NCBI GenBank assembly: GCA_964016885.1 | Contig: OZ024748.1 | Location: forward strand, 31,372,001-31,436,000 | DNA: 64,000 nt | Source of the DNA: Eledone cirrhosa | Lineage: Eukaryota | Direction: 5' to 3' | Part shown: positions 44,501 through 59,500 of the stretch, in pieces | How positions within the stretch are numbered: the stretch's first letter is position 1 | Layout: each line of letters starts with the position of its first letter | Program-made: the position numbers and the translations under genes | The notes under the pieces: generated by a model | Seen by the model: only the letters and a program-made list of their open reading frames with translations | Databases searched by the model: none | Told to the model about the DNA's origin: nothing

Positions 44501-47500
44501 GTTTTGTATAATGAAAAATTGAACAGGGACAGAACAGAGAGGCAGTACGACAAATGTTTATTAAATTCACGCTCAGGAGAGTGGGGGGTAGGTGGAGGAT
44601 GACGTTTCGGGCATAAGCCCTTCTTCAGGTGAGAGTTCAAAAGGTGTGTAGGGGAGTGGTGGAGAGACATATAGCGAAAGGAAACGGTGCGAATGAAAAA
44701 TTAACAAATAAAGACAAACAATTGTAGGAACACAGGCAAAGAATCATATACGGAAAAAAAGGGGTACAGTAACAAAATCAAACAGAGGTAATGCGTGGAA
44801 GGAAAGACAAAGTATGGGAAGGTGTGTAAAGTTCGGAGAAAGGTCACGGCGGATTAGATCGGGGTTGAGCCGGTTGTTAAGTTAAGTTCCAAGGATGGAG
44901 GCCGTGTGAGCGTGTGTTTTGTATAATGAAAAATTGAACAGGGACAGAACAGAGAGGCAGTACGACAAATGTTTATTAAATTCACGCTCAGGAGAGTGGG
45001 GGGTAGGTGGAGGATGACGTTTCGGGCATAAGCCCTTCTTCAGGTGAGAGTTCAAAAGGTGTGTAGGGGAGTGGTGGAGAGACATATAGCGAAAGGAAAC
45101 GGTGCGAATGAAAAATTAACAAATAAAGACAAACAATTGTAGGAACACAGGCAAAGAATCATATACGGAAAAAAAGGGGTACGGTAACAAAATCAAACAG
45201 AGGTAATGCGTGGAAGGAAAGACAAAGTGTGGGAAGGTGTGTAAAGTTCGGAGAAAGGTCACGGCGGATTAGATCGGGGTTGAGCCGGTTGTTAAGTTAA
45301 GTTCCAAGGATGGAGGCCGTGTGAGCGTGTGTTTTGTATAATGAAAAATTGAACAGGGACAGAACAGAGAGGCAGTACGACAAATGTTTATTAAATTCAC
45401 GCTCAGGAGAGTGGGGGGTAGGTGGAGGACGACGTTTCGGGCATAAGCCCTTCTTCAGGTGAGAGTTCAAAAGGTGTGTAGGGGAGTGGTGGAGAGACAT
45501 ATAGCGAAAGGAAACGGTGCGAATGAAAAATTAACAAATAAAGACAAACAATTGTAGGAACACAGGCAAAGAATCATATACGGAAAAAAAGGGGTACGGT
45601 AACAAAATCAAACAGAGGTATTGCGTGGAAGGAAAGACAAAGTGTGGGAAGGTGTGTAAAGTTCGGAGAAAGGTCACGGCGGATTAGATCGGGGTTGAGC
45701 CGGTTGTTAAGTTAAGTTCCAAGGATGGAGGCCGTGTGAGCGTGTGTTTTGTATAATGAAAAATTGAACAGGGACAGAACAGAGAGGCAGTACGACAAAT
45801 GTTTATTAAATTCACGCTCAGGAGAGTGGGGGGTAGGTGGAGGACGACGTTTCGGGCATAAGCCCTTCTTCAGGTGAGAGTTCAAAAGGTGTGTGGGGGA
45901 GTGGTGGAGAGACATATAGCGAAAGGAAACGGTGCGAATGAAAAATTAACAAATAAAGACAAACAATTGTAGGAACACAGGCAAAGAATCATATACGGAA
46001 AAAAAAGCGGTACGGTAACAAAATCAAACAGAGGTAATGCGTGGAAGGAAAGACAAAGTGTGGGAAGGTGTGTAAAGTTCGGAGAAAGGTCACGGCGGAT
46101 TAGATCGGGGTTGAGCCGGTTGTTAAGTTAAGTTCCAAGGATGGAGGCCGTGTGAGCGTGTGTTTTGTATAATGAAAAATTGAACAGGGACAGAACAGAG
46201 AGGCAGTACGACAAATGTTTATTAAATTGACGCTCAGGAGAGTGGGGGGTAGGTGGAGGACGACGTTTCGGGCATAAGCCCTTCTTCAGGTGAGAGTTCA
46301 AAAGGTGTGTAGGGGAGTGGTGGAGAGACATATAGCGAAAGGAAACGGTGCGAATGAAAAATTAACAAATAAAGACAAACAATTGTAGGAACACAGGCAA
46401 AGAATCATATACGGAAAAAAAAGGGGTACGGTAACAAAATCAAACAGAGGTAATGAGTGGAAGGAAAGACAAAGTGTGGGAAGGTGTGTAAAGTTCGGAG
46501 AAAGGTCACGGCGGATTAGATCGGGGTTGAGCCGGTTGTTAAGTTAAGTTCCAAGGATGGAGGCCGTGTGAGCGTGTGTTTTGTATAATGAAAAATTGAA
46601 CAGGGACAGAACAGAGAGGCAGTACGACAAATGTTTATTAAATTCACGCTCAGGAGAGTGGGGGGTAGGTGGAGGACGACGTTTCGGGCATAAGCCCTTC
46701 TTCAGGTGAGAGTTCAAAAGGTGTGTGGGGGAGTGGTGGAGAGACATATAGCGAAAGGAAACGGTGCGAATGAAAAATTAACAAATAAAGACAAACAATT
46801 GTAGGAACACAGGCAAAGAATCATATACGGAAAAAAAAGGGGTACGGTAACAAAATCAAACAGAGGTAATGCGTGGAAGGAAAGACAAAGTGTGGGAAGG
46901 TGTGTAAAGTTCGGAGAAAGGTCACGGCGGATTAGATCGGGGTTGAGCCGGTTGTTAAGTTAAGTTCCAAGGATGGAGGCCGTGTGAGCGTGTGTTTTGT
47001 ATAATGAAAAATTGAACAGGGACAGAACAGAGAGGCAGTACGACAAATGTTTATTAAATTCACGCTCAGGAGAGTGGGGGGTAGGTGGAGGACGACGTTT
47101 CGGGCATAAGCCCTTCTTCAGGTGAGAGTTCAAAAGGTGTGTAGGGGAGTGGTGGAGAGACATATAGCGAAAAGAAACGGTGCGAATGAAAAATTAACAA
47201 ATAAAGACAAACAATTGTAGGAACACAGGCAAAGAATCATATACGGAAAAAAAAGCGGTACGGTAACAAAATCAAACAGAGGTAATGCGTGGAAGGAAAG
47301 ACAAAGTGTGGGAAGGTGTGTAAAGTTCGGAGAAAGGTCACGGCGGATTAGATCGGGGTTGAGCCGGTTGTTAAGTTAAGTTCCAAGGATGGAGGCCGTG
47401 TGAGCGTGTGTTTTGTATAATGAAAAATTGAACAGGGACAGAACAGAGAGGCAGTACGACAAATGTTTATTAAATTCACGCTCAGGAGAGTGGGGGGTAG

Positions 47501-50500
47501 GTGGAGGACGACGTTTCGGGCATAAGCCCTTCTTCAGGTGAGAGTTCAAGAGGTGTGTAGGGGAGTGGTGGAGAGACATATAGCGAAAGGAAACGGTGCG
47601 AATGAAAAATTAACAAATAAAGACAAACAATTGTAGGAACACAGGCAAAGAATCATATACGGAAAAAAAAGGGGTACGGTAACAAAATCAAACAGAGGTA
47701 ATGCGTGGAAGGAAAGACAAAGTGTGGGAAGGTGTGTAAAGTTCGGAGAAAGGTCACGGCGGATTAGATCGGGGTTGAGCCGGTTGTTAAGTTAAGTTCC
47801 AAGGATGGAGGCCGTGTGAGCATGTGTTTTGTATAATGAAAAATTGAACAGGGACAGAACAGAGAGGCAGTACGACAAATGTTTATTAAATTCACGCTCA
47901 GGAGAGTGGGGGGTAGGTGGAGGATGACGTTTCGGGCATAAGCCCTTCTTCAGGTGAGAGTTCAAAAGGTGTGTAGGGGAGTGGTGGAGAGACATATAGC
48001 GAAAGGAAACGGTGCGAATGAAAAATTAACAAATAAAGACAAACAATTGTAGGAACACAGGCAAAGAATCATATACGGAAAAAAAGGGGTACAGTAACAA
48101 AATCAAACAGAGGTAATGCGTGGAAGGAAAGACAAAGTGTGGGAAGGTGTGTAAAGTTCGGAGAAAGGTCACGGCGGATTAGATCGGGGTTGAGCCGGTT
48201 GTTAAGTTAAGTTCCAAGGATGGAGGCCGTGTGAGCGTGTGTTTTGTATAATGAAAAATTGAACAGGGACAGAACAGAGAGGCAGTACGACAAATGTTTA
48301 TTAAATTCACGCTCAGGAGAGTGGGGGGTAGGTGGAGGATGACGTTTCGGGCATAAGCCCTTCTTCAGGTGAGAGTTCAAAAGGTGTGTAGGGGAGTGGT
48401 GGAGAGACATATAGCGAAAGGAAACGGTGCGAATGAAAAATTAACAAATAAAGACAAACAATTGTAGGAACACAGGCAAAGAATCATATACGGAAAAAAA
48501 GGGGTACGGTAACAAAATCAAACAGAGGTAATGCGTGGAAGGAAAGACAAAGTGTGGGAAGGTGTGTAAAGTTCGGAGAAAGGTCACGGCGGATTAGATC
48601 GGGGTTGAGCCGGTTGTTAAGTTAAGTTCCAAGGATGGAGGCCGTGTGAGCGTGTGTTTTGTATAATGAAAAATTGAACAGGGACAGAACAGAGAGGCAG
48701 TACGACAAATGTTTATTAAATTCACGCTCAGGAGAGTGGGGGGTAGGTGGAGGACGACGTTTCGGGCATAAGCCCTTCTTCAGGTGAGAGTTCAAAAGGT
48801 GTGTAGGGGAGTGGTGGAGAGACATATAGCGAAAGGAAACGGTGCGAATGAAAAATTAACAAATAAAGACAAACAATTGTAGGAACACAGGCAAAGAATC
48901 ATATACGGAAAAAAAGGGGTACGGTAACAAAATCAAACAGAAGTATTGCGTGGAAGGAAAGACAAAGTGTGGGAAGGTGTGTAAAGTTCGGAGAAAGGTC
49001 ACGGCGGATTAGATCGGGGTTGAGCCGGTTGTTAAGTTAAGTTCCAAGGATGGAGGCCGTGTGAGCGTGTGTTTTGTATAATGAAAAATTGAACAGGGAC
49101 AGAACAGAGAGGCAGTACGACAAATGTTTATTAAATTCACGCTCAGGAGAGTGGGGGGTAGGTGGAGGACGACGTTTCGGGCATAAGCCCTTCTTCAGGC
49201 GAGAGTTCAAAAGCTGTGTAGGGGAGTGGTGGAGAGACATATAGCGAAAGGAAACGGTGCGAATGAAAAATTAACAAATAAAGACAAACAATTGTAGGAA
49301 CACAGGCAAAGAATCATATACGGAAAAAAAAGCGGTACGGTAACAAAATCAAACAGAGGTAATGTGTGGAAGGAAAGACAAAGTGTGGGAAGGTGTGTAA
49401 AGTTCGGAGAAAGGTCACGGCGGATTAGATCGGGGTTGAGCCGGTTGTTAAGTTAAGTTCCAAGGATGGAGGCCGTGTGAGCGTGTGTTTTGTATAATGA
49501 AAAATTGAACAGGGACAGAACAGAGAGGCAGTACGACAAATGTTTATTAAATTCACGCTCAGGAGAGTGGGGGGTAGGTGGAGGACGACGTTTCGGGCAT
49601 AAGCCCTTCTTCAGGTGAGAGTTCAAAAGGTGTGTAGGGGAGTGGTGGAGAGACATATAGCGAAAGGAAACGGTGCGAATGAAAAATTAACAAATAAAGA
49701 CAAACAATTGTAGGAACACAGGCAAAGAATCATATACGGATAAAAAAGGGGTACGGTAACAAAATCAAACATAGACAAAGTGTGGGAAGGTGTGTAAAGT
49801 TCGGAGAAAGGTCTCGGCGGATTAGATCGGTGTTGAGCCGGTTGTTAAGTTAAGTTCCAAGGATGGAGGCCGTGTGAGCGTGTGTTTTGTATAATGAAAA
49901 ATTGAACAGGGACAGAACAGAGAGGCAGTACGACAAATGTTTATTAAATTCACGCTCAGGAGAGTGGGGGGTAGGTGGAGGATGACGTTTCGGGCATAAG
50001 CCCTTCTTCAGGTGAGAGTTCAAAAGGTGTATAGGGGAGTGGTGGAGAGACATATAGCGAAAGGAAACGGTGCGAATGAAAAATTAACAAATAAAGACAA
50101 ACAATTGTAGGAACACAGGCAAAGAATCATATACGGAAAAAAAAGGGGTACGGTAACAAAATCAACCAGAGGTAATGCGTGGAAGGAAAGACAAAGTGTG
50201 GGAAGGTGTGTAAAGTTCGGAGAAAGGTCACGGCGGATTAGATCGGTGTTGAGCCGGTTGTTAAGTTAAGTTCCAAGGATGGAGGCCGTGTGAGCGTGTG
50301 GTTTGTATAATGAAAAATTGAACAGGGACAGAACAGAGAGGCAGTACGACAAATGTTTATTAAATTCACGCTCAGGAGAGTGGGGGGTAGGTGGAAGACG
50401 ACGTTTCGGGCATAAGCCCTTCTTCAGGTGAGAGTTCAAAAGGTGTGTAGGGGAGTGGTGGAGAGACATATAGCGAAAGGAAACGGTGCGAATGAAAAAT

Positions 50501-53500
50501 TGACAAATAAAGACAAACAATTGTAGGAACACAGGCAAAGAATCATATACGAAAAAAAAAGGGGTACGGTAACAAAATCAAACAGAGGTAATGCGTGGAA
50601 GGAAAGACAAAGTGTGGGAAGGTGTGTAAAGTTCGGAGAAAGGTCACGGCGGATTAGATCGGGGTTGAGCCGGTTGTTAAGTTAAGTTCCAAGGATGGAG
50701 GCCGTGTGAGCGTGTGTTTTGTATAATGAAAAATTGAACAGGGACAGAACAGAGAGGCAGTACGACAAATGTTTATTAAATTCACGCTCAGGAGAGTGGG
50801 GGGTAGGTGGAGGACGACGTTTCGGGCATAAGCCCTTCTTCAGGTGAGAGTTCAAAAGGTGTGTAGGGGAGTGGTGGAGAGACATATAGCGAAAGGAAAC
50901 GGTGCGAATGAAAAAATAACAAATAAAGACAAACAATTGTAGGAACACAGACAAAGAATCATATACGGAAAAAAAAGGGGTACGGTAACAAAATCAAACA
51001 GAGGTAATGCGTGGAAGGAAAGACAAAGTGTGGGAAGGTGTGTAAAGTTCGGAGAAAGGTCACGGCGGATTAGATCGGGGTTGAGCCGGTTGTTAAGTTA
51101 AGTTCCAAGGATGGAGGCCGTGTGAGCGTGTGTTTTGTATAATGAAAAATTGAACAGGGACAGAACAGAGAGGCAGTACGACAAATGTTTATTAAATTCA
51201 CGCTCAGGAGAGTGGGGGGTAGGTGGAGGACGACGTTTCGGGCATAAGCCCTTCTTCTGGTGAGAGTTCAAAAGGTGTGTAGGGGAGTGGTGGAGAGACA
51301 TATAGCGAAAGGAAACGGTGCGAATGAAAAATTAACAAATAAAGACAAACAATTGTAGGAACACAGGCAAAGAATCATATACGGAAAAAAAAGGGGTACG
51401 GTAACAAAATCAAACAGAGGTAATGCGTGGAAGGAAAGACAAAGTGTGGGAAGGTGTGTAAAGTTCGGAGAAAGGTCACGGCAGATTAGATCGGGGTTGA
51501 GCCGGTTGTTAAGTTAAGTTCCAAGGATGGAGGCCGTGTGAGCGTGTGTTTTGTATAATGAAAAATTGAACAGGGACAGAACAGAGAGGCAGTACGACAA
51601 ATGTTTATTAAATTCACGCTCAGGAGAGTGGGGGGTAGGTGGAGGACGACGTTTCGGGCATAAGCCCTTCTTCAGGTGAGAGTTCAAAAGGTGTGTAGGG
51701 GAGTGGTGGAGAGACATATAGCGAAAGGAAACGGTGCGAATGAAAAAATAACAAATAAAGACAAACAATTGTAGGAACACAGACAAAGAATCATATACGA
51801 AAAAAAAAGGGGTACGGTAACAAAATCAAACAGAGGTAATGCGTGGAAGGAAAGACAAAGTGTGGGAAGGTGTGTAAAGTTCGGAGAAAGGTCACGGCGG
51901 ATTAGATCGGGGTTGAGCCGGTTGTTAAGTTAAGTTCCAAGGATGGAGGCCGTGTGAGCGTGTGTTTTGTATAATGAAAAATTGAACAGGGACAGAACAG
52001 AGAGGCAGTACGACAAATGTTTATTAAATTCACGCTCAGGAGAGTGGGGGGTAGGTGGAGGACGACGTTTCGGGCATAAGCCCTTCTTCAGGTGAGAGTT
52101 CAAAAGGTGTGTAGGGGAGTGGTGGAGAGACATATAGCGAAAGGAAACGGTGCGAATGAAAAATTAACAAATAAAGACAAACAATTGTAGGAACACAGTC
52201 AAAGAATCATATACGGAAAAAAATGGGGTACGGTAACAAAATCAAACAGAGGTAATGCGTGGAAGGAAAGACAAAGTGTGGGAAGGTGTGTAAAGTTCGG
52301 AGAAAGGTCACGGCGGATTAGATCGGGGTTGAGCCGGTTGTTAAGTTAAGTTCCAAGGATGGAGGCCGTGTGAGCGTGTGTTTTGTATAATGAAAAATTG
52401 AACAGGGACAGAACAGAGAGGCAGTACGACAAATGTTTATTAAATTCACGCTCAGGAGAGTGGGGGGTAGGTGGAGGACGACGTTTCGGGCATAAGCCCT
52501 TCTTCAGGTGAGAGTTCAAAAGGTGTGTGGGGGAGTGGTGGAGAGACATATAGCGAAAGGAAACGGTGCGAATGAAAAATTAACAAATAAAGACAAACAA
52601 TTGTAGGAACACAGGCAAAGAATCATATACGGAAAAAAAAGGGGTACGGTAACAAAATCAAACAGAGGTAATGCGTGGAAGGAAAGACAAAGTGTGGGAA
52701 GGTGTGTAAAGTTCGGAGAAAGGTCACGGCGGATTAGATCGGGGTTGAGCCGGTTGTTAAGTTAAGTTCCAAGGATGGAGGCCGTGTGAGCGTGTGTTTT
52801 GTATAATGAAAAATTGAACAGGGACAGAACAGAGAGGCAGTACGACAAATGTTTATTAAATTGACGCTCAGGAGAGTGGGGGGTAGGTGGAGGACGACGT
52901 TTCGGGCATAAGCCCTTCTTCAGGTGAGAGTTCAAAAGGTGTGTAGGGGAGTGGTGGAGAGACATATAGCGAAAGGAAACGGTGCGAATGAAAAATTAAC
53001 AAATAAAGACAAACAATTGTAGGAACACAGGCAAAGAATCATATACGGAAAAAAAAGGGGTACGGTAACAAAATCAAACAGAGGTAATGAGTGGAAGGAA
53101 AGACAAAGTGTGGGAAGGTGTGTAAAGTTCGGAGAAAGGTCACGGCGGATTAGATCGGGGTTGAGCCGGTTGTTAAGTTAAGTTCCAAGGATGGAGGCCG
53201 TGTGAGCGTGTGTTTTGTATAATGAAAAATTGAACAGGGACAGAACAGAGAGGCAGTACGACAAATGTTTATTAAATTCACGCTCAGGAGAGTGGGGGGT
53301 AGGTGGAGGACGACGTTTCGGGCATAAGCCCTTCTTCAGGTGAGAGTTCAAAAGGTGTGTGGGGGAGTGGTGGAGAGACATATAGCGAAAGGAAACGGTG
53401 CGAATGAAAAATTAACAAATAAAGACAAACAATTGTAGGAACACAGGCAAAGAATCATATACGGAAAAAAAAGGGGTACGGTAACAAAATCAAACAGAGG

Positions 53501-56500
53501 TAATGCGTGGAAGGAAAGACAAAGTGTGGGAAGGTGTGTAAAGTTCGGAGAAAGGTCACGGCGGATTAGATCGGGGTTGAGCCGGTTGTTAAGTTAAGTT
53601 CCAAGGATGGAGGCCGTGTGAGCGTGTGTTTTGTATAATGAAAAATTGAACAGGGACAGAACAGAGAGGCAGTACGACAAATGTTTATTAAATTCACGCT
53701 CAGGAGAGTGGGGGGTAGGTGGAGGACGACGTTTCGGGCATAAGCCCTTCTTCAGGTGAGAGTTCAAAAGGTGTGTAGGGGAGTGGTGGAGAGACATATA
53801 GCGAAAAGAAACGGTGCGAATGAAAAATTAACAAATAAAGACAAACAATTGTAGGAACACAGGCAAAGAATCATATACGGAAAAAAAAGCGGTACGGTAA
53901 CAAAATCAAACAGAGGTAATGCGTGGAAGGAAAGACAAAGTGTGGGAAGGTGTGTAAAGTTCGGAGAAAGGTCACGGCGGATTAGATCGGGGTTGAGCCG
54001 GTTGTTAAGTTAAGTTCCAAGGATGGAGGCCGTGTGAGCGTGTGTTTTGTATAATGAAAAATTGAACAGGGACAGAACAGAGAGGCAGTACGACAAATGT
54101 TTATTAAATTCACGCTCAGGAGAGTGGGGGGTAGGTGGAGGACGACGTTTCGGGCATAAGCCCTTCTTCAGGTGAGAGTTCAAGAGGTGTGTAGGGGAGT
54201 GGTGGAGAGACATATAGCGAAAGGAAACGGTGCGAATGAAAAATTAACAAATAAAGACAAACAATTGTAGGAACACAGGCAAAGAATCATATACGGAAAA
54301 AAAAGGGGTACGGTAACAAAATCAAACAGAGGTAATGCGTGGAAGGAAAGACAAAGTGTGGGAAGGTGTGTAAAGTTCGGAGAAAGGTCACGGCGGATTA
54401 GATCGGGGTTGAGCCGGTTGTTAAGTTAAGTTCCAAGGATGGAGGCCGTGTGAGCATGTGTTTTGTATAATGAAAAATTGAACAGGGACAGAACAGAGAG
54501 GCAGTACGACAAATGTTTATTAAATTCACGCTCAGGAGAGTGGGGGTAGGTGGAGGATGACGTTTCGGGCATAAGCCCTTCTTCAGGTGAGAGTTCAAAA
54601 GGTGTGTAGGGGAGTGGTGGAGAGACATATAGCGAAAGGAAACGGTGCGAATGAAAAATTAACAAATAAAGACAAACAATTGTAGGAACACAGGCAAAGA
54701 ATCATATACGGAAAAAAAGGGGTACAGTAACAAAATCAAACAGAGGTAATGCGTGGAAGGAAAGACAAAGTGTGGGAAGGTGTGTAAAGTTCGGAGAAAG
54801 GTCACGGCGGATTAGATCGGGGTTGAGCCGGTTGTTAAGTTAAGTTCCAAGGATGGAGGCCGTGTGAGCGTGTGTTTTGTATAATGAAAAATTGAACAGG
54901 GACAGAACAGAGAGGCAGTACGACAAATGTTTATTAAATTCACGCTCAGGAGAGTGGGGGGTAGGTGGAGGATGACGTTTCGGGCATAAGCCCTTCTTCA
55001 GGTGAGAGTTCAAAAGGTGTGTAGGGGAGTGGTGGAGAGACATATAGCGAAAGGAAACGGTGCGAATGAAAAATTAACAAATAAAGACAAACAATTGTAG
55101 GAACACAGGCAAAGAATCATATACGAAAAAAAAGGGGTACGGTAACAAAATCAAACAGAGGTAATGCGTGGAAGGAAAGACAAAGTGTGGGAAGGTATGT
55201 AAAGTTCGGAGAAAGGTCACGGCGGATTAGATCGGGGTTGAGCCGGTTGTTAAGTTAAGTTCCAAGGATGGAGGCCGTGTGAGCGTGTGTTTTGTATAAT
55301 GAAAAATTGAACAGGGACAGAACAGAGAGGCAGTACGACAAATGTTTATTAAATTCACGCTCAGGAGAGTGGGGGGTAGGTGGAGGACGACGTTTCGGGC
55401 ATAAGCCCTTCTTCAGGTGAGAGTTCAAAAGGTGTGTAGGGGAGTGGTGGAGAGACATATAGCGAAAGGAAACGGTGCGAATGAAAAATTAACAAATAAA
55501 GACAAACAATTGTAGGAACACAGGCAAAGAATCATATACGGAAAAAAAGGGGTACGGTAACAAAATCAAACAGAGGTATTGCGTGGAAGGAAAGACAAAG
55601 TGTGGGAAGGTGTGTAAAGTTCGGAGAAAGGTCACGGCGGATTAGATCGGGGTTGAGCCGGTTGTTAAGTTAAGTTCCAAGGATGGAGGCCGTGTGAGCG
55701 TGTGTTTTGTATAATGAAAAATTGAACAGGGACAGAACAGAGAGGCAGTACGACAAATGTTTATTAAATTCACGCTCAGGAGAGTGGGGGGTAGGTGGAG
55801 GACGACGTTTCGGGCATAAGCCCTTCTTCAGGCGAGAGTTCAAAAGCTGTGTAGGGGAGTGGTGGAGAGACATATAGCGAAAGGAAACGGTGCGAATGAA
55901 AAATTAACAAATAAAGACAAACAATTGTAGGAACACAGGCAAAGAATCATATACGGAAAAAAAAGCGGTACGGTAACAAAATCAAACAGAGGTAATGTGT
56001 GGAAGGAAAGACAAAGTGTGGGAAGGTGTGTAAAGTTCGGAGAAAGGTCACGGCGGATTAGATCGGGGTTGAGCCGGTTGTTAAGTTAAGTTCCAAGGAT
56101 GGAGGCCGTGTGAGCGTGTGTTTTGTATAATGAAAAATTGAACAGGGACAGAACAGAGAGGCAGTACGACAAATGTTTATTAAATTCACGCTCAGGAGAG
56201 TGGGGGGTAGGTGGAGGACGACGTTTCGGGCATAAGCCCTTCTTCAGGTGAGAGTTCAAAAGGTGTGTAGGGGAGTGGTGGAGAGACATATAGCGAAAGG
56301 AAACGGTGCGAATGAAAAATTAACAAATAAAGACAAACAATTGTAGGAACACAGGCAAAGAATCATATACGGAAAAAAAAGGGGTACGGTAACAAAATCA
56401 AACAGAGGTAATGCGTGGAAGGAAAGACAAAGTGTGGGAAGGTGTGTAAAGTTCGGAGAAAGGTCACGGCGGATTAGATCGGGGTTGAGCCGGTTGTTAA

Positions 56501-59500
56501 GTTAAGTTCCAAGGATGGAGGCCGTGTGAGCATGTGTTTTGTATAATGAAAAATTGAACAGGGACAGAACAGAGAGGCAGTACGACAAATGTTTATTAAA
56601 TTCACGCTCAGGAGAGTGGGGGGTAGGTGGAGGATGACGTTTCGGGCATAAGCCCTTCTTCAGGTGAGAGTTCAAAAGGTGTGTAGGGGAGTGGTGGAGA
56701 GACATATAGCGAAAGGAAACGGTGCGAATGAAAAATTAACAAATAAAGACAAACAATTGTAGGAACACAGGCAAAGAATCATACACGGAAAAAAAGGGGT
56801 ACAGTAACAAAATCAAACAGAGGTAATGCGTGGAAGGAAAGACAAAGTGTGGGAAGGTGTGTAAAGTTCGGAGAAAGGTCACGGCGGATTAGATCGGGGT
56901 TGAGCCGGTTGTTAAGTTAAGTTCCAAGGATGGAGGCCGTGTGAGCGTGTGTTTTGTATAATGAAAAATTGAACAGGGACAGAACAGAGAGGCAGTACGA
57001 CAAATGTTTATTAAATTCACGCTCAGGAGAGTGGGGGGTAGGTGGAGGATGACGTTTCGGGCATAAGCCCTTCTTCAGGTGAGAGTTCAAAAGGTGTGTA
57101 GGGGAGTGGTGGAGAGACATATAGCGAAAGGAAACGGTGCGAATGAAAAATTAACAAATAAAGACAAACAATTGTAGGAACACAGGCAAAGAATCATATA
57201 CGAAAAAAAAGGGGTACGGTAACAAAATCAAACAGAGGTAATGCGTGGAAGGAAAGACAAAGTGTGGGAAGGTGTGTAAAGTTCGGAGAAAGGTCACGGC
57301 GGATTAGATCGGGGTTGAGCCGGTTGTTAAGTTAAGTTCCAAGGATGGAGGCCGTGTGAGCGTGTGTTTTGTATAATGAAAAATTGAACAGGGACAGAAC
57401 AGAGAGGCAGTACGACAAATGTTTATTAAATTCACGCTCAGGAGAGTGGGGGGTAGGTGGAGGACGACGTTTCGGGCATAAGCCCTTCTTCAGGTGAGAG
57501 TTCAAAAGGTGTGTAGGGGAGTGGTGGAGAGACATATAGCGAAAGGAAACGGTGCGAATGAAAAATTAACAAATAAAGACAAACAATTGTAGGAACACAG
57601 GCAAAGAATCATATACGGAAAAAAAGGGGTACGGTAACAAAATCAAACAGAGGTATTGCGTGGAAGGAAAGACAAAGTGTGGGAAGGTGTGTAAAGTTCG
57701 GAGAAAGGTCACGGCGGATTAGATCGGGGTTGAGCCGGTTGTTAAGTTAAGTTCCAAGGATGGAGGCCGTGTGAGCGTGTGTTTTGTATAATGAAAAATT
57801 GAACAGGGACAGAACAGAGAGGCAGTACGACAAATGTTTATTAAATTCACGCTCAGGAGAGTGGGGGGTAGGTGGAGGACGACGTTTCGGGCATAAGCCC
57901 TTCTTCAGGCGAGAGTTCAAAAGCTGTGTAGGGGAGTGGTGGAGAGACATATAGCGAAAGGAAACGGTGCGAATGAAAAATTAACAAATAAAGACAAACA
58001 ATTGTAGGAACACAGGCAAAGAATCATATACGGAAAAAAAAGCGGTACGGTAACAAAATCAAACAGAGGTAATGTGTGGAAGGAAAGACAAAGTGTGGGA
58101 AGGTGTGTAAAGTTCGGAGAAAGGTCACGGCGGATTAGATCGGGGTTGAGCCGGTTGTTAAGTTAAGTTCCAAGGATGGAGGCCGTGTGAGCGTGTGTTT
58201 TGTATAATGAAAAATTGAACAGGGACAGAACAGAGAGGCAGTACGACAAATGTTTATTAAATTCACGCTCAGGAGAGTGGGGGGTAGGTGGAGGACGACG
58301 TTTCGGGCATAAGCCCTTCTTCAGGTGAGAGTTCAAAAGGTGTGTAGGGGAGTGGTGGAGAGACATATAGCGAAAGGAAACGGTGCGAATGAAAAATTAA
58401 CAAATAAAGACAAACAATTGTAGGAACACAGGCAAAGAATCATATACGGATAAAAAAGGGGTACGGTAACAAAATCAAACATAGACAAAGTGTGGGAAGG
58501 TGTGTAAAGTTCGGAGAAAGGTCTCGGCGGATTAGATCGGTGTTGAGCCGGTTGTTAAGTTAAGTTCCAAGGATGGAGGCCGTGTGAGCGTGTGTTTTGT
58601 ATAATGAAAAATTGAACAGGGACAGAACAGAGAGGCAGTACGACAAATGTTTATTAAATTCACGCTCAGGAGAGTGGGGGGTAGGTGGAGGATGACGTTT
58701 CGGGCATAAGCCCTTCTTCAGGTGAGAGTTCAAAAGGTGTATAGGGGAGTGGTGGAGAGACATATAGCGAAAGGAAACGGTGCGAATGAAAAATTAACAA
58801 ATAAAGACAAACAATTGTAGGAACACAGGCAAAGAATCATATACGGAAAAAAAAGGGGTACGGTAACAAAATCAACCAGAGGTAATGCGTGGAAGGAAAG
58901 ACAAAGTGTGGGAAGGTGTGTAAAGTTCGGAGAAAGGTCACGGCGGATTAGATCGGTGTTGAGCCGGTTGTTAAGTTAAGTTCCAAGGATGGAGGCCGTG
59001 TGAGCGTGTGGTTTGTATAATGAAAAATTGAACAGGGACAGAACAGAGAGGCAGTACGACAAATGTTTATTAAATTCACGCTCAGGAGAGTGGGGGGTAG
59101 GTGGAAGACGACGTTTCGGGCATAAGCCCTTCTTCAGGTGAGAGTTCAAAAGGTGTGTAGGGGAGTGGTGGAGAGACATATAGCGAAAGGAAACGGTGCG
59201 AATGAAAAATTGACAAATAAAGACAAACAATTGTAGGAACACAGGCAAAGAATCATATACGAAAAAAAAAGGGGTACGGTAACAAAATCAAACAGAGGTA
59301 ATGCGTGGAAGGAAAGACAAAGTGTGGGAAGGTGTGTAAAGTTCGGAGAAAGGTCACGGCGGATTAGATCGGGGTTGAGCCGGTTGTTAAGTTAAGTTCC
59401 AAGGATGGAGGCCGTGTGAGCGTGTGTTTTGTATAATGAAAAATTGAACAGGGACAGAACAGAGAGGCAGTACGACAAATGTTTATTAAATTCACGCTCA